Part shown: positions 6,667 to 6,769 of the stretch, in pieces
How positions within the stretch are numbered: the first letter of the stretch is position 1
Layout: every line of letters starts with the position of its first letter
IMG/VR virus record: IMGVR_UViG_2681813261_000024
DNA length: 6,769 bases
DNA from: a virus
Taxonomy: Duplodnaviria; Heunggongvirae; Uroviricota; Caudoviricetes
Reading direction: 5' to 3' (one strand)
Program-made: the position numbers and the translations under genes
The notes under the pieces: generated by a model
Database searches by the model: none
What the model was told of the DNA's origin: nothing
Seen by the model: only the letters and a program-made list of their open reading frames with translations

Positions 6667-6769
6667 CAGACAGAAAAAAGGTGCTCATTGAGCTAATGCC
6701 GATCAGTTAAGGATCAGTTGACCGATCCAGTGGCTGTGTAAGAATCCGGAAACGCTCACTTGTTTCCGG

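Noticed and set aside
6746-6769. Inverted repeat CCGGAAAC-GCTCACTT-GTTTCCGG at the window edge, possibly a terminator shared with a convergent downstream gene
   Set aside because: The window ends at the stem, so no flanking T-run or downstream gene can be assessed.
1-6769. CRISPR arrays, IS elements, integrase or transposase genes
   Set aside because: No spaced direct repeats, terminal inverted repeats bounding a transposase-like ORF, or recombinase-like translation is visible in any frame.

Overview
This window spans the junction between a Mu/e14-like prophage tail module and the conserved Escherichia coli ssrA-smpB-ratA-ratB locus. Positions 1-4520 (all + strand) carry the 3' part of a baseplate J-like gene, a gp48/YmfQ-like baseplate gene, and two tandem tail-fibre plus chaperone cassettes. 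Cassette 1 is a fibre with a P2 gpH-like C-terminus followed by a P2 gpG-like assembly gene broken by an in-frame TAA. Cassette 2 is a fibre with a lambda Stf-like N-terminus and an unrecognised C-terminal domain, followed by an atypical chaperone containing an 18-N assembly gap. A bidirectional terminator separates this module from an intact tmRNA gene (ssrA, - strand, 4719-5081), then smpB (-) and the ratA-ratB pair (+). No integrase, invertase, CRISPR array or IS element is visible. The main points of interest are signs of prophage decay or locking (nonsense codon in the chaperone, 5'-disrupted J gene, a possible relic invertase crossover half-site in fibre 1), the mosaic double fibre arrangement, and a tail module abutting the ssrA 3' end with no integrase between them. 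All homology calls are from reading the translations and recalling family sequences; no database search was run.
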